From a virus (Duplodnaviria > Caudoviricetes): a stretch of DNA of 37,751 bases. The position numbers and the translations under genes are program-made. Where the stretch lies: IMG/VR virus record IMGVR_UViG_3300012953_000079, positions 1 to 37,751 of that record; one strand, written 5' to 3'. The notes below the pieces were generated by a model that saw only the letters and a list, made by a program, of their open reading frames with translations, did not search any database and was not told the DNA's origin. This document shows, piece after piece, positions 18,989 through 28,790 of this stretch (its first letter is position 1; each line of letters opens with the position of its first letter).

Positions 18989-19366
18989 TTATTCAGGTAA
19001 AGCAGGACCTATATAATCCCATTGTTGTGTTTCTTCATTCCAATTATATCTATTATTTACATTAGGAAATTCTACAGGAGGTTCCCACTGGCAGCTATCT
19101 TCATTTAAAACCCAAGAATTATAAGGTTTAGGTGGTATAAAAGCATCTCTCACACTATCGTATGTATAACCAATAGAAGCATAATTTTTTCTAAAGTTAT
19201 TATTATAAGAAGTTTGTACCCATGTAGCAGAACCAAATAATGAATTTAAAAACTCCTTACCTTTTGCTTCATCTTCTGTCCCGTCTTCTTTTTTAATAAC
19301 TTCATTGTTTACTACATGTACTATTTCAACAATATTATTTGAATCAATTTTTGCAAAATGTGCCAT
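18989..19366 (-). CDS. Adhesin-associated small protein, MAHFA type (125 aa)
   Basis: WVQTSYN..FRKNYA.IG..YD...DAFIPPKP..SW.LNE motif; paralogue of 31892-32296; follows a Gly-rich gene. Confidence 0.7.
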   Translation of the reverse strand: MAHFAKIDSNNIVEIVHVVNNEVIKKEDGTEDEAKGKEFLNSLFGSATWVQTSYNNNFRKNYASIGYTYDSVRDAFIPPKPYNSWVLNEDSCQWEPPVEFPNVNNRYNWNEETQQWDYIGPALPE

Positions 19367-19367
19367 A

Positions 19368-20258
19368 TTAAGCTGTATAACTACCGCTACCGGTATATTT
19401 TAAAATTGTAAATCCATTTACACTAGACGTATCTACATTAGGACTACCACTTGTTGTTCCCGAATAATTTGCATTTGGTATTTTTAAAAAAACAACACCT
19501 GATCCTCCTGCTGCTCCAACACCTGCATTATTCCAGCAGTTTCTACCACCACCACCTCCGCCGAGATTAGCAGTGCCAGCTGTAGGATTACCATATTGTC
19601 CGTTTGCGGCTCCTCCACCGCCATTACCTCCAGCTCCGCCTGCTGCTGTATAATAACCAGCACCACCTCCGCCACCAGCATAATATGTTGCTGTTCCTGT
19701 AATACTACTTTGGGTACCAACTCCTCCGCCACCACCGGCACTATATGTACTAGAACCACCGTTTCCGCCGTTTCCGCCGTCACCTCCACCACCACCGGCA
19801 TTAATAACACCTCCTCCGGTACCACCATTTCCTCCGGCAGATGTTCCAGTACCTGAACCACCTGAATTACCACTTTTTTGGCCGCCGCCACCACAGCCTC
19901 CATCAGCACCAGATGTTCCCGCGTCTCCAGTACCTGCACCACCACCGCCATTTACAGTATAAGTACCTCCACTTCCATCAATATTTGTAATTGAAGTATT
20001 TCCCCCATTAGATGTAGTTCCAGCTGTGTAACTATTAGGTCCCCCTGCACTACCTGCACCTATTGTTATTGCTAATACTGTACCAACAGCTGTTGTGCCA
20101 CTTGTTGCTTCATATGCAGCACCAGCACCACCACCTCCACCACCAGTGGAATTTATAGCACCGCCACCGCCACCGGCACCGGCTGCTACCATAAGAAAAT
20201 TAAAAGTGTATCCTGAAGGTGCGTAAGATCTAGGGGCTAAAAGTTTTCTTCTTAACAT
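19368..20258 (-). CDS. Glycine-rich adhesin-like protein (296 aa)
   Basis: Many GGGGG runs with variable loops, C-terminal GGSGVVFLKI; paralogue of 32300-33238; architecture reminiscent of T-even gp38 polyglycine adhesins. Confidence 0.7.
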   Translation of the reverse strand: MLRRKLLAPRSYAPSGYTFNFLMVAAGAGGGGGAINSTGGGGGGAGAAYEATSGTTAVGTVLAITIGAGSAGGPNSYTAGTTSNGGNTSITNIDGSGGTYTVNGGGGAGTGDAGTSGADGGCGGGGQKSGNSGGSGTGTSAGGNGGTGGGVINAGGGGGDGGNGGNGGSSTYSAGGGGGVGTQSSITGTATYYAGGGGGAGYYTAAGGAGGNGGGGAANGQYGNPTAGTANLGGGGGGRNCWNNAGVGAAGGSGVVFLKIPNANYSGTTSGSPNVDTSSVNGFTILKYTGSGSYTA

Positions 20259-20260
20259 AA

Positions 20261-20641
20261 TTATGGAGTATTATCACTTGTATAAGTAGCTATGCTATAC
20301 ATAAATATAGGATCTGTAGAAGAATCATCTGTACATTCTAATTGTAATATATTATGCTCAGAGTTATCATAATCTACACCACCTATTTTATTAAAAGTAT
20401 TTGAATTACTTCCTTGTGCTGCAAGTGTAATTGATTGTGCTTTTAAAGGATATATAGTTATTATTTGTCCTTTTTTATAACCAGTTAAGCTAATAGTATA
20501 TGCTCCGGTTAAATCACCACTTAATTTAAATACAGAACCATTAGCACAATTAAAAGATACCGTACCTGTTAATGTTGATATTGCAACACTTGCTGTATAT
20601 CTATTTTCTAAAACTCCGTGTGTTACTTTTGTTAAAGCCAT
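20261..20641 (-). CDS. Stand-alone fibre adaptor domain protein (126 aa)
   Basis: Closely similar to the C-terminal domain of 33241-35352 (VAISTLTGTVxFNCAxGSVFKLSGDLTGAYTI); N-terminal MALTKVT. Confidence 0.7.
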   Translation of the reverse strand: MALTKVTHGVLENRYTASVAISTLTGTVSFNCANGSVFKLSGDLTGAYTISLTGYKKGQIITIYPLKAQSITLAAQGSNSNTFNKIGGVDYDNSEHNILQLECTDDSSTDPIFMYSIATYTSDNTP

Positions 20642-20669
20642 TTATATTAATTTTTTATATTTTTTATAA

Positions 20670-23474
20670 TTATAATCCATAAGTTGTTTTGGTAGCATTA
20701 AATTCTGCTAGTGCTTCTGCATCAGAAAATGGCTTTTGCCATAGTTTAATTGCACCTGAATCAACATTATCAACTCTACTAGTGGTTATATTGTCTCCAA
20801 AACCGATTCTAGTTATATTTGTAGCTGCTGTTAAACTGTTATTGGTGGCGTGAGAAACTCCATTTATATATATTTCACCTCTGTTATTAGTTGTACCAGC
20901 CCCATTTGCTTCTCTAACATGTATTACATTAATCCAATCTGTTGTCCAATCTCCTGAACTTCCATATGTACTCCATTCAGTGCCTGTACCACTAGAATAA
21001 AAATATCTTACATCTCCATATCCTGCAATTAAAAACAAATAACTTGTAAAACCATCACCAGTCATTCTAAATTGTTGTTGATATGTGCCTGTTGTTGCAT
21101 GCCTTCTTAAGTATAAAGAAATAGTATACCCCATGGTTATATCAATATCTACACTTGAAAGTAAAAGTTTTTCAGCTGCAGCATCAGAACGAAAATAGTT
21201 GTACGCTGGACTTGAATTTGTTGAAAAAGTAGGGCCATCAACTGAAAAATTAAAACCATTAGGATAATTATTTTTTGTGGCTAAATAGTTTTGCGCTACT
21301 TGTGCTGAAGTTAATTGCGTACTATAAGCTTTAATTTGTCCAATTTTTCCATTAAACCAAACATTAGCTCCATAAGCTCCAATAATTATACCATTATGTG
21401 CAGCGGTAGTTGGAAATGTGCCTGATGTTGAACTTTCTGTTTCTGTTAAAACACCATCTAAAAACAACTTATTATCAGAAGCATTAGGCCCTATATTTAA
21501 TACAGCATAATGCCACTTGCCTGCCGTAATTGTTCCTCCACTTGCTAAATTTGCAAAATATGCATTTTGTGCTTGACTATATATCCACGCTTTTAATGTT
21601 CCACTATCTGCAATTAAATGGTAACCATAATTGTTTCCAGAACCACTCCAGTTAGATATTATATATTGTTCACTTGATGTACTATCTGTATTAAACCAAA
21701 CTCCAATAGATTTAGTATTAGCAGGATTTAAATCAGCTCCTGCAACAGTAATTTTATCATTACTACCATCTAAATCAAAGTAGTTACCTAATTCTTTATC
21801 AAAACTTGCACCACTAATGGTACCATCATTACTACCTACACTATCTCCCCATGCTCCACTTGTATAAGTAGCAGCATCTAAATTCATATTTAAATTAGGA
21901 TTCTGGTACAATGCTTTAGTAGCATTATAATTAGTAGTTACCTGTGCTGATGTTAAGGCTGCACTATATGTTCTAACTTGAGCTATTTTACCATCAAAAT
22001 ATTTTGTATTATTATATGGGTATCTACCTATATCTAGTCCATGATCCGCCCCTGTGTAGTTTGAATTTAAAGTATCACTGTCTTTTTCAATTCCATTAAC
22101 ATAAAGTTTTATAGCAGCGCCGTTTGAAGCAGATGCTACTGTAAATACGCAATGATTCCATGTACCTTGTGCTATAGCTGAAGTAGTAGTTAATTGTCTA
22201 TAGTTAGAACTATCTGAATATATATATAATTTAACTCCCGTGCCTGCATCTATATATAATTGATAACCTGTAGTATCACTAGGCCCAAGATTAGAAGCAA
22301 TAGTGTCTGCTCCAGAACTTGCCTCACATAAACACCAAGCCTCTAAAGTAAAACCTCCACTTCCTATATCTGCACCTGTGTATGCTCCAACTTCAGCATA
22401 ATCATTACTACCATCAAAATCAAAATAATCGGAATTACCATCGTTAGTATATGTAGCACCACTTACTGTTGCATTATAACTACTATTTGCAGTATTAGAC
22501 CAAGTTCCGCTGGTATATCCATTTGCGTCTAAACTAAGAGTTAAATTTGTAGAATATAAAGTTCCTTGAGTTGCTTCGTGTTTAGATGTAATTATAGATG
22601 AATAATTTATAAAATTACCTGCTCTAAAATTTTGTGCTATTTCAGAATTACTTAAAATTTCAGAATACATTCTGAAGCATCCTATTTTTCCAGCAAATTC
22701 ATATGAAGCGTTATTATAACCGCCAATACTAACAAAATTATAAGTATCGTGATTTGTACCATTTCCATTTAACGTAAGAGTACCTTGTTTTGTGCCATCT
22801 TTGTAAAAATTACATACATTTGCACTTGTTATTGTTATTACAAAATGTACCCATCCATCAGAGGCCATACCTGATAAACCTGTAGAACTACTTTGACCTG
22901 AATGTAATGTGCCACCTGTTGTTTTTCTATAAATTTCTATCGCACCAGCACCGCCTGCAGCATTACCAATAAAAATTCCATTAATACCAGAATCATTTGA
23001 CAATGGATTTGCGTGTAACAATGCAAAATTATTACTTTCTGAAGCATTAAACCACCATTCAAAAGTTACATCACCACTAAATCCTGTAACAGCATCAGTT
23101 GTTCGTAAACCATCATCTGATCCGTCTAATGTAAAATAGCCTCTTAGGTCTGAACCAAATGCTGCGTTTCCGTGTGTACTAAAACTATATCCATTTGTAG
23201 ATATATCAGTTATCGTTGAACCACTACCACCGTAAGAGTTAGTATTGCTTGCATCTATATGTATTTCTAAATTATCATTATTATCTGTTAATGGTACATT
23301 TAAATCGTGGTTAGCTATATCAAACCAAGTACCACTTCCTGCACCTGTATTAGCACCTCCACTTTCAATGCTATCCTCATCATTAGCATCGAGATATAAC
23401 ACTAAGCTTTGCTCTGAATCCGGATCACTTGTACTTACTGCATCTTGCGAAAGTATCTTTTTATTAGTCGGCAT
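20670..23474 (-). CDS. Multi-LamG (concanavalin A-like lectin) receptor-binding protein (934 aa)
   Basis: Repeated LDA..Y..G.W.D, FDFDGSNDY, WxHxxxT, LYVNG and FDGKIAQVRTYSAALT motifs. Confidence 0.8.
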   Translation of the reverse strand: MPTNKKILSQDAVSTSDPDSEQSLVLYLDANDEDSIESGGANTGAGSGTWFDIANHDLNVPLTDNNDNLEIHIDASNTNSYGGSGSTITDISTNGYSFSTHGNAAFGSDLRGYFTLDGSDDGLRTTDAVTGFSGDVTFEWWFNASESNNFALLHANPLSNDSGINGIFIGNAAGGAGAIEIYRKTTGGTLHSGQSSSTGLSGMASDGWVHFVITITSANVCNFYKDGTKQGTLTLNGNGTNHDTYNFVSIGGYNNASYEFAGKIGCFRMYSEILSNSEIAQNFRAGNFINYSSIITSKHEATQGTLYSTNLTLSLDANGYTSGTWSNTANSSYNATVSGATYTNDGNSDYFDFDGSNDYAEVGAYTGADIGSGGFTLEAWCLCEASSGADTIASNLGPSDTTGYQLYIDAGTGVKLYIYSDSSNYRQLTTTSAIAQGTWNHCVFTVASASNGAAIKLYVNGIEKDSDTLNSNYTGADHGLDIGRYPYNNTKYFDGKIAQVRTYSAALTSAQVTTNYNATKALYQNPNLNMNLDAATYTSGAWGDSVGSNDGTISGASFDKELGNYFDLDGSNDKITVAGADLNPANTKSIGVWFNTDSTSSEQYIISNWSGSGNNYGYHLIADSGTLKAWIYSQAQNAYFANLASGGTITAGKWHYAVLNIGPNASDNKLFLDGVLTETESSTSGTFPTTAAHNGIIIGAYGANVWFNGKIGQIKAYSTQLTSAQVAQNYLATKNNYPNGFNFSVDGPTFSTNSSPAYNYFRSDAAAEKLLLSSVDIDITMGYTISLYLRRHATTGTYQQQFRMTGDGFTSYLFLIAGYGDVRYFYSSGTGTEWSTYGSSGDWTTDWINVIHVREANGAGTTNNRGEIYINGVSHATNNSLTAATNITRIGFGDNITTSRVDNVDSGAIKLWQKPFSDAEALAEFNATKTTYGL

Positions 23475-23476
23475 AA

Positions 23477-23965
23477 TTATAAAATTATATCGTAGTTAAA
23501 TACATTTATTTTTTTTGTTAATGCATTTATTTCTGATTCTTTTGTATTTACACTAGATCTTATATCATTTCTTTCTTTTTCTATAGCATCAGGTATTGCA
23601 GTGCCTTTTTCTGCTTTTCTTGTTACATACCAATCTGTACTTTCTAATTTAGTATAAGCTGCACTTTTTAATTTTTTAATTTTTTTAGATTTAAGTTCTT
23701 CAAGTGTTTCACTAAATGTTTTAGTTTTTATATCATAAATAAATACAGTTCTTTTTTTACCATCAGAACATTCATGATTATCTTTACTATGTAAATTGTC
23801 TAAATATTCTGTTTTATTATTATAACTAGGTGTTATTATAGTGTAAAATCCATATTTTTCATGCTCACTCTCAGATAACTTATTAAACCCTACTAAAGTA
23901 TTACCAAAAGCACTTGGCAGTTTAGTGTACTTTATTATTTTTCCTTTTACTATTCTTGCGTGCAT
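23477..23965 (-). CDS. Tail fibre assembly/chaperone-like protein (162 aa)
   Basis: C-terminal LESTDWYVTRKAEKGTAIP..I..ER..IR resembles tail fibre assembly proteins; lies between fibre and lectin genes. Confidence 0.55.
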   Translation of the reverse strand: MHARIVKGKIIKYTKLPSAFGNTLVGFNKLSESEHEKYGFYTIITPSYNNKTEYLDNLHSKDNHECSDGKKRTVFIYDIKTKTFSETLEELKSKKIKKLKSAAYTKLESTDWYVTRKAEKGTAIPDAIEKERNDIRSSVNTKESEINALTKKINVFNYDIIL

Positions 23966-23967
23966 AA

Positions 23968-25626
23968 TTACGGTGTTGTATCTGATGTATATGTATTTAC
24001 TGTATAATTCACTATAGAACTACCATCTGACTCTTTTACACATATTAAAGAAATATGGTTTGTACCACTTGTGCTAAAATCTGTACTACCTATTTTATTA
24101 AAAGTTGTAGTTCCTAATCCTGTGCCACCTGCAAATGTAATAGCTGCACTTGATAATGTACCTGAAATAACTAAATCTACCACTTGATTTTGTTTCATAT
24201 CATTAAATGTATATGTAGCAGTTGCAACATTACCAGTCATTAAAAAAGTACTTGCATCATCGCATTCTATACTTAAATTTCCAGTGCCTGTATGTGTAAT
24301 TACATTTGCAAATCTATTTGCTAATTCATCATGATCTATAGCATTATCAGCTATTTTAGCATTTGTAACTGCATTGGTAGCTAATTTAGCAGTTACAATA
24401 GCACTATCTACTATTTCATTTGAATTAACAGTATCATTTGCTGCTAATAAATGTACAACTTCTATTTTTGCTCCATTTGCAGGTGCAGTACTAAATGTAA
24501 CTGTTGTTCCACTAGTTGAGTAGGTATCTTTACCTTGATATACCCCATCAATATATATTTGTGTTTTATTTTCAGTAGCAATTGTTGTTGCAATATCAAA
24601 AGTAGTATCTGAACCATCTCCTGTAAATAAATTAACTTCTACAACGCCACTTACAGCTACATAATGCATAAATTCTATACTAGCACCCGTAGCTGGTGCG
24701 GTTGAAAAAGTTACTGTTGCACCAGATGTAGAATATGTATCTTTACTTTGATAAACACCATCTATATATATTTGAATGTTATTTTCATTTACTATAGTAG
24801 AACTCGCATCAAAAGTTGTATCAGAACCGTCTCCTGCATGTATATTTTTTTCTACTGATATAGAATCAGAAGGATTTGCTAGCGCAGAAGAAATAGTTAT
24901 TTCGTTTGCACTGTTTCTTGCAAGAGTAACATTTGTTCCTGCAGTTAGTTGAACTACAGAAGTATCATTACCTGAAGTTGAAGTTAAATTTAAATCAACA
25001 TTACTACCGTCTGCAGTTGCATTTAAATCATAAGTTTCACCACCACCTGCAGCTATAGTAACTTGTTGTGCATCGTTTCTAGTAAGTGTTATATTTGAAC
25101 CTGCAGTAAATTGTACAGTAGAATCAGTACCACTTGAAGCATCTAATTTTACATCTACATTATTACCATCTTGTGTGGCATTTATAGAATATGTGTCACC
25201 TATTGTACCTGTACCAAATTTAACATAACTACCCATAAGAGAATGGGAGCTACATTGATAAAATAAAATAGGTAATGTTGATGTTGTTGGTATAATTTGT
25301 GTATATGCTCCAGAACTACCAGGTGTGCCACTTGTAGTTACACCTGTTGTATATGCAGTAGTTTTATCTGCTTCTTCATAAAATCTAAGAGGATGACTAG
25401 AATTTGAATTATCTGATTGATCAAATTTATATGTGTTACCTGGCGTAAATTCAAGATAAGCACCCTCAACACCATCTATAGTATAACCACTTGTACTTCC
25501 ATTACCATGTTCTGGATGTGCAGCTGTTTTAGTTATAACTTTTACTATAAGCGTCTTAGCGGTATCGCTATGTGCTATTGATCTATGCGCCGCTAGTTGT
25601 AACGGCGATTTAAACTTAATACCCAT
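23968..25626 (-). CDS. Tail fibre protein with cupredoxin-like domain, tandem repeats and C-terminal adaptor domain (552 aa)
   Basis: HPLRF...YQCSSHSLMG; two GDGSDTTF...IYIDGVYQ...TFSTAP repeats; C-terminal TFNKIG...YTSDTTP domain. Confidence 0.7.
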   Translation of the reverse strand: MGIKFKSPLQLAAHRSIAHSDTAKTLIVKVITKTAAHPEHGNGSTSGYTIDGVEGAYLEFTPGNTYKFDQSDNSNSSHPLRFYEEADKTTAYTTGVTTSGTPGSSGAYTQIIPTTSTLPILFYQCSSHSLMGSYVKFGTGTIGDTYSINATQDGNNVDVKLDASSGTDSTVQFTAGSNITLTRNDAQQVTIAAGGGETYDLNATADGSNVDLNLTSTSGNDTSVVQLTAGTNVTLARNSANEITISSALANPSDSISVEKNIHAGDGSDTTFDASSTIVNENNIQIYIDGVYQSKDTYSTSGATVTFSTAPATGASIEFMHYVAVSGVVEVNLFTGDGSDTTFDIATTIATENKTQIYIDGVYQGKDTYSTSGTTVTFSTAPANGAKIEVVHLLAANDTVNSNEIVDSAIVTAKLATNAVTNAKIADNAIDHDELANRFANVITHTGTGNLSIECDDASTFLMTGNVATATYTFNDMKQNQVVDLVISGTLSSAAITFAGGTGLGTTTFNKIGSTDFSTSGTNHISLICVKESDGSSIVNYTVNTYTSDTTP

Positions 25627-25629
25627 ATA

Positions 25630-26859
25630 TTAGTCTATTTTAGTAATAAGAATTTTATAATCCCCTGCTGAAACTGCTGACGCAAAAACAACTGTTACTG
25701 TTGAAGTTGATGCTCTTGCAATATCTACATTTATTGTTTCATACGGAGAACCAGTTTCAACCACTTGACACATTACATCTCTTGTGCCTAAACTATGTGT
25801 TACCGTATATGTTATATTATCTGATGATGCGACTGTTGATTCACTAGCATTTAAATTAACTGCAAAACTTCTTGCTGCTAATCCTTCTGGTGTTACAGCT
25901 TTTGTTGAATTTGTACCAGTTAAAGCCTCAGCTGTTGTTGCAAGCTGTACGCCTCCTATAGCACTTGCACTAGCTGCTGATGTTGCAATAGTAATTGAAC
26001 CCGCACCGTTTGTTACTGTTATACCGTCACCACCGGTTAATGTTCCTAATTGTAAATCACTATTAGATCCGTGTCCTATTAATAATTGGCCATCTGTTGG
26101 GTTAGCACCATCATATGTTGTAATTGAACCACCTAAATCTAAACTGCCAATATCAAGACTACCTTTTGTACCAGAAAAAACTTCTGATGAATTTGTTGCT
26201 TGTGTTAGCACTGTAAACTTTCCGGTTGAATCATCAAATCCAAAAAATCCAACCCTAGAACTTCCATCATTATATTTAAATTCAATACCTCTATCCTTAT
26301 TGTCATCAGAACCGTTACTTCCTAAAGTAAATATTGGATCAGCAACTGTTATAGTTGTAGAATTGACCGTTGTTGTAGTACCACTAACAATTAAATTTCC
26401 TGTTACAGTAACATTACCAGCAAAACTAATTGTATCTCCTGCATCCGTTCCTATAGTTATTGTTTCATCTGCAGCACCACTTGAAGATTCTAAACTAGAT
26501 AATAATGATAATAGTTTTGCATTATCTACAAAACCATTTACAAAATCATATATTTGATCTCCTGTAGCAAGTGCTGTACCCCCATTTGTAACTGAACCTG
26601 TAACAACATTTATTCCCGGGTTTGGACCTGTTGAATTTGTTACAGTTAATTGATTTGTATTATTTGATGTTACACTTTTTATATCACCAGATACATCTAT
26701 CCAAGTGCTGCCTGTATATAAATATAGTTTGTCATCACTAGAATTATAATATATTTGCCCTTCAGCTGGGGAACCGGGATCTGAAGTAGCAACATGTACT
26801 ACAATGTTTATAAGTTGATTTTTGCCAAAGTCAACATTAGATAAATATTTTATTGCCAT
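25630..26859 (-). CDS. Tail fibre protein (409 aa)
   Basis: EGQIYYNS, GNLIVSGTTTTVNS, GVQLATTAEALTGT..KAVTP fibre repeat; C-terminal VTHSLG domain. Confidence 0.7.
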   Translation of the reverse strand: MAIKYLSNVDFGKNQLINIVVHVATSDPGSPAEGQIYYNSSDDKLYLYTGSTWIDVSGDIKSVTSNNTNQLTVTNSTGPNPGINVVTGSVTNGGTALATGDQIYDFVNGFVDNAKLLSLLSSLESSSGAADETITIGTDAGDTISFAGNVTVTGNLIVSGTTTTVNSTTITVADPIFTLGSNGSDDNKDRGIEFKYNDGSSRVGFFGFDDSTGKFTVLTQATNSSEVFSGTKGSLDIGSLDLGGSITTYDGANPTDGQLLIGHGSNSDLQLGTLTGGDGITVTNGAGSITIATSAASASAIGGVQLATTAEALTGTNSTKAVTPEGLAARSFAVNLNASESTVASSDNITYTVTHSLGTRDVMCQVVETGSPYETINVDIARASTSTVTVVFASAVSAGDYKILITKID

Positions 26860-26864
26860 TTTTT

Positions 26865-27209
26865 TTAGTTTAGAAATGCTTTACCGCTAAAAGCAGCGGA
26901 AAAAGTTATTGTTAAGTTGTTACTGTCTGTATATGATATATCTCCAAAAACTACATCGTTGTCTGTATCTTCTACTATTGTTACAGCAGGAAATTTATCA
27001 AGATTATGTGTTATATTCCAAGTTGCAGAAGCAGATGATTGTACAAAAGTTGTGGTTTCACCATTTATATTAGCATTAGTTTCTATATATGTTTTTATAC
27101 CACTTAAAGGAAAATTAGAAGTAATGTTATTTTTATCTGCATCTGTTCCTATTAAAGAATCACTATCAGTTAAATTTGTATCTTTTACATATGTATTTAT
27201 TCTTGCCAT
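26865..27209 (-). CDS. Short fibre anchor/adaptor protein (114 aa)
   Basis: N-terminus similar to that of the 703-aa fibre; C-terminal WNITHNL..FP.V domain. Confidence 0.6.
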   Translation of the reverse strand: MARINTYVKDTNLTDSDSLIGTDADKNNITSNFPLSGIKTYIETNANINGETTTFVQSSASATWNITHNLDKFPAVTIVEDTDNDVVFGDISYTDSNNLTITFSAAFSGKAFLN

Positions 27210-27619
27210 TATTTATGCATTTTATTTCCAAAAACTTTTTCAACACCACGAGAACCGAAATATCCACCAATTACAATAGTTAATAAAGATGTAATTGAAT
27301 CAAGTGAGTATTCTAAAAACCAGCCCGTAACATAACTTATAACTAAAAAAATTAATGTTAATGGTCTTACATTAGCCGCAAGAAATGTTCCTGATCTTGC
27401 ATCAGCTACCCATCTTTTGGTTGTTCCGTCTATTTCAGCTCTTTCTAATTTTAATTTCTCTAAAGCAACTTCTTTGTCTGCTTCAGACATATCACTATTT
27501 CCTATTATAGCTTCTATGATACCACCTGCAGGAGTACCACTTGCTATTGAAGAAACAACACTTGGTATTTTACCTAATAAAAATTTTCCAACTGCTGTAT
27601 CTTTAAATTTTTTTTTCAT
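27209..27619 (-). CDS. Putative holin (similar to the 'holin of 3TMs for gene-transfer release' family; 136 aa)
   Basis: RWVAD...NVRPLTL, two hydrophobic helices, GYFGSRGVEK; near the endolysin gene. Confidence 0.7.
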   Translation of the reverse strand: MKKKFKDTAVGKFLLGKIPSVVSSIASGTPAGGIIEAIIGNSDMSEADKEVALEKLKLERAEIDGTTKRWVADARSGTFLAANVRPLTLIFLVISYVTGWFLEYSLDSITSLLTIVIGGYFGSRGVEKVFGNKMHK

Positions 27620-27627
27620 AATTTAAT

Positions 27628-27987
27628 TTAACAATTCCACCTTCTTCTAGCTGCTCTACCTCTTTCTGAAGTCCAGCTTTTAGAACGTGCGCAAAAAGAC
27701 TTTCTTCTTTTAGCTGCTTTACTTCCAGGTTTAAGTTTAGATGGAGGGGTGGTAACTGCAGTTTTTAATTTACTACCTGGATTATCTGCTTTATATTTAT
27801 TAACGCCCTTTTGACTCATACCGCCTCCGGCCGCAGCACCTGTGCCAGTTTTTTTAGCTTCATTATAATAACCTAATGATTTCTTTTTAGAAGGGGCAGG
27901 TGGTTTTTTCATTAAAGGTCTACCACAAGGTTGTCTTCCCATAGAATTCATTGTTGTTTTATTTACTCTGGCGGTTATTGGTCCCAT
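27628..27987 (-). CDS. Small basic protein, DUF6321-like (119 aa)
   Basis: GGMSQKGV..Y...NPGSKLK, RRKSFCAR and terminal RRWNC motifs. Confidence 0.6.
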   Translation of the reverse strand: MGPITARVNKTTMNSMGRQPCGRPLMKKPPAPSKKKSLGYYNEAKKTGTGAAAGGGMSQKGVNKYKADNPGSKLKTAVTTPPSKLKPGSKAAKRRKSFCARSKSWTSERGRAARRRWNC

Positions 27988-28442
27988 ATTATATATTTTG
28001 TTTTACCTTTTTCTTTTATAGCTCTTAATATTCTATTTCTATTTCCTATTTCTTTATAACTAACATGTACCCAAGCTGGATTATGCTCGTCTCCAAATTC
28101 CCATATAAGCTGATCGAAATCAAAAGTTTCTTTTATATGATCAAAAAAAACTTTATTATTTACTTTGCTATACACATCATCTAAATCAATTGCTTCTCCT
28201 TTGCAATGTTGCGAATTTTTTGATCCACCTATAGCTGTATTAAGTTCCGGACTTCTATAAAAACTTGAAATATAAATAGGACAATCTACATACTTTCTAA
28301 GTGGTTCAAAAATTTTATTTGCAGTTAATTGCATTTTTGAAATAATATAACTATTTGGAAAATTATCTATTCCAAGTCTTTGTGCTGTATTAGATCTAGT
28401 AGCTTCTTTTAAACTAATATGATCACTTATTTTTATTTGCAT
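27975..28442 (-). CDS. Peptidase M15 family endolysin (155 aa)
   Basis: SFYRSPELN.AIGG...SQH..GEAID and WVHVSY zinc-ligand motifs. Confidence 0.85.
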   Translation of the reverse strand: MQIKISDHISLKEATRSNTAQRLGIDNFPNSYIISKMQLTANKIFEPLRKYVDCPIYISSFYRSPELNTAIGGSKNSQHCKGEAIDLDDVYSKVNNKVFFDHIKETFDFDQLIWEFGDEHNPAWVHVSYKEIGNRNRILRAIKEKGKTKYIIWDQ

Positions 28443-28551
28443 TTGATTTTTGCATAGCTTTTATATGCTTCTCAATTTTTTTAGCTTGAGCAGCGTGCAT
28501 ACGTGATGCTTTTTTTAATTCAGCTACGACTGATTTTAAATTTTTATCCAT
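28423..28551 (-). CDS. Small basic hypothetical protein (42 aa, MDKNLKSVVAELKKASRMH...)
   Basis: Hand-translated; fills the gap between coupled genes. Confidence 0.6.
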   Translation of the reverse strand: MDKNLKSVVAELKKASRMHAAQAKKIEKHIKAMQKSNANKNK

Positions 28552-28553
28552 TA

Positions 28554-28790
28554 TTATTGTTTTTTTATTGCTTCAAGTAGCCCACGCTCATACTCTAATT
28601 GTTTCTCAATTTCAAGTATACGTGCTTCAAGTTTATCTATAATTATAATTTTTTCATCCAGTCTTTCATGCACAAGATGTATTTCGTCTTTAACCGATGT
28701 AAACTCAGAAAAGATACCCCCCGCTGTAAATACTGCAGTAATAAACATAATAACTATAGATAAGTTATTTTTTATAAATGTATCAGGCAT
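28554..28790 (-). CDS. Membrane-anchored coiled-coil protein (78 aa), possible lysis accessory
   Basis: N-terminal hydrophobic helix followed by heptad-like region; upstream of the endolysin. Confidence 0.55.
   Translation of the reverse strand: MPDTFIKNNLSIVIMFITAVFTAGGIFSEFTSVKDEIHLVHERLDEKIIIIDKLEARILEIEKQLEYERGLLEAIKKQ

Noticed and set aside
19368-19500. Possible diversity-generating retroelement template/variable repeat pair with 32300-32430
   Set aside because: Differences are mostly synonymous and not adenine-specific; no reverse transcriptase in the window; better explained as paralogy
19484-19951. 155-aa alternative-frame ORF inside the Gly-rich gene
   Set aside because: The Val/Ala/Glu-rich product is the expected shadow of GGN/GCN codon runs, which lack stops in that frame
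25784-26557. 257-aa plus-strand ORF and the other plus-strand ORFs antisense to structural genes
   Set aside because: They mirror well-supported minus-strand genes, mostly lack good start contexts and show no recognisable motifs
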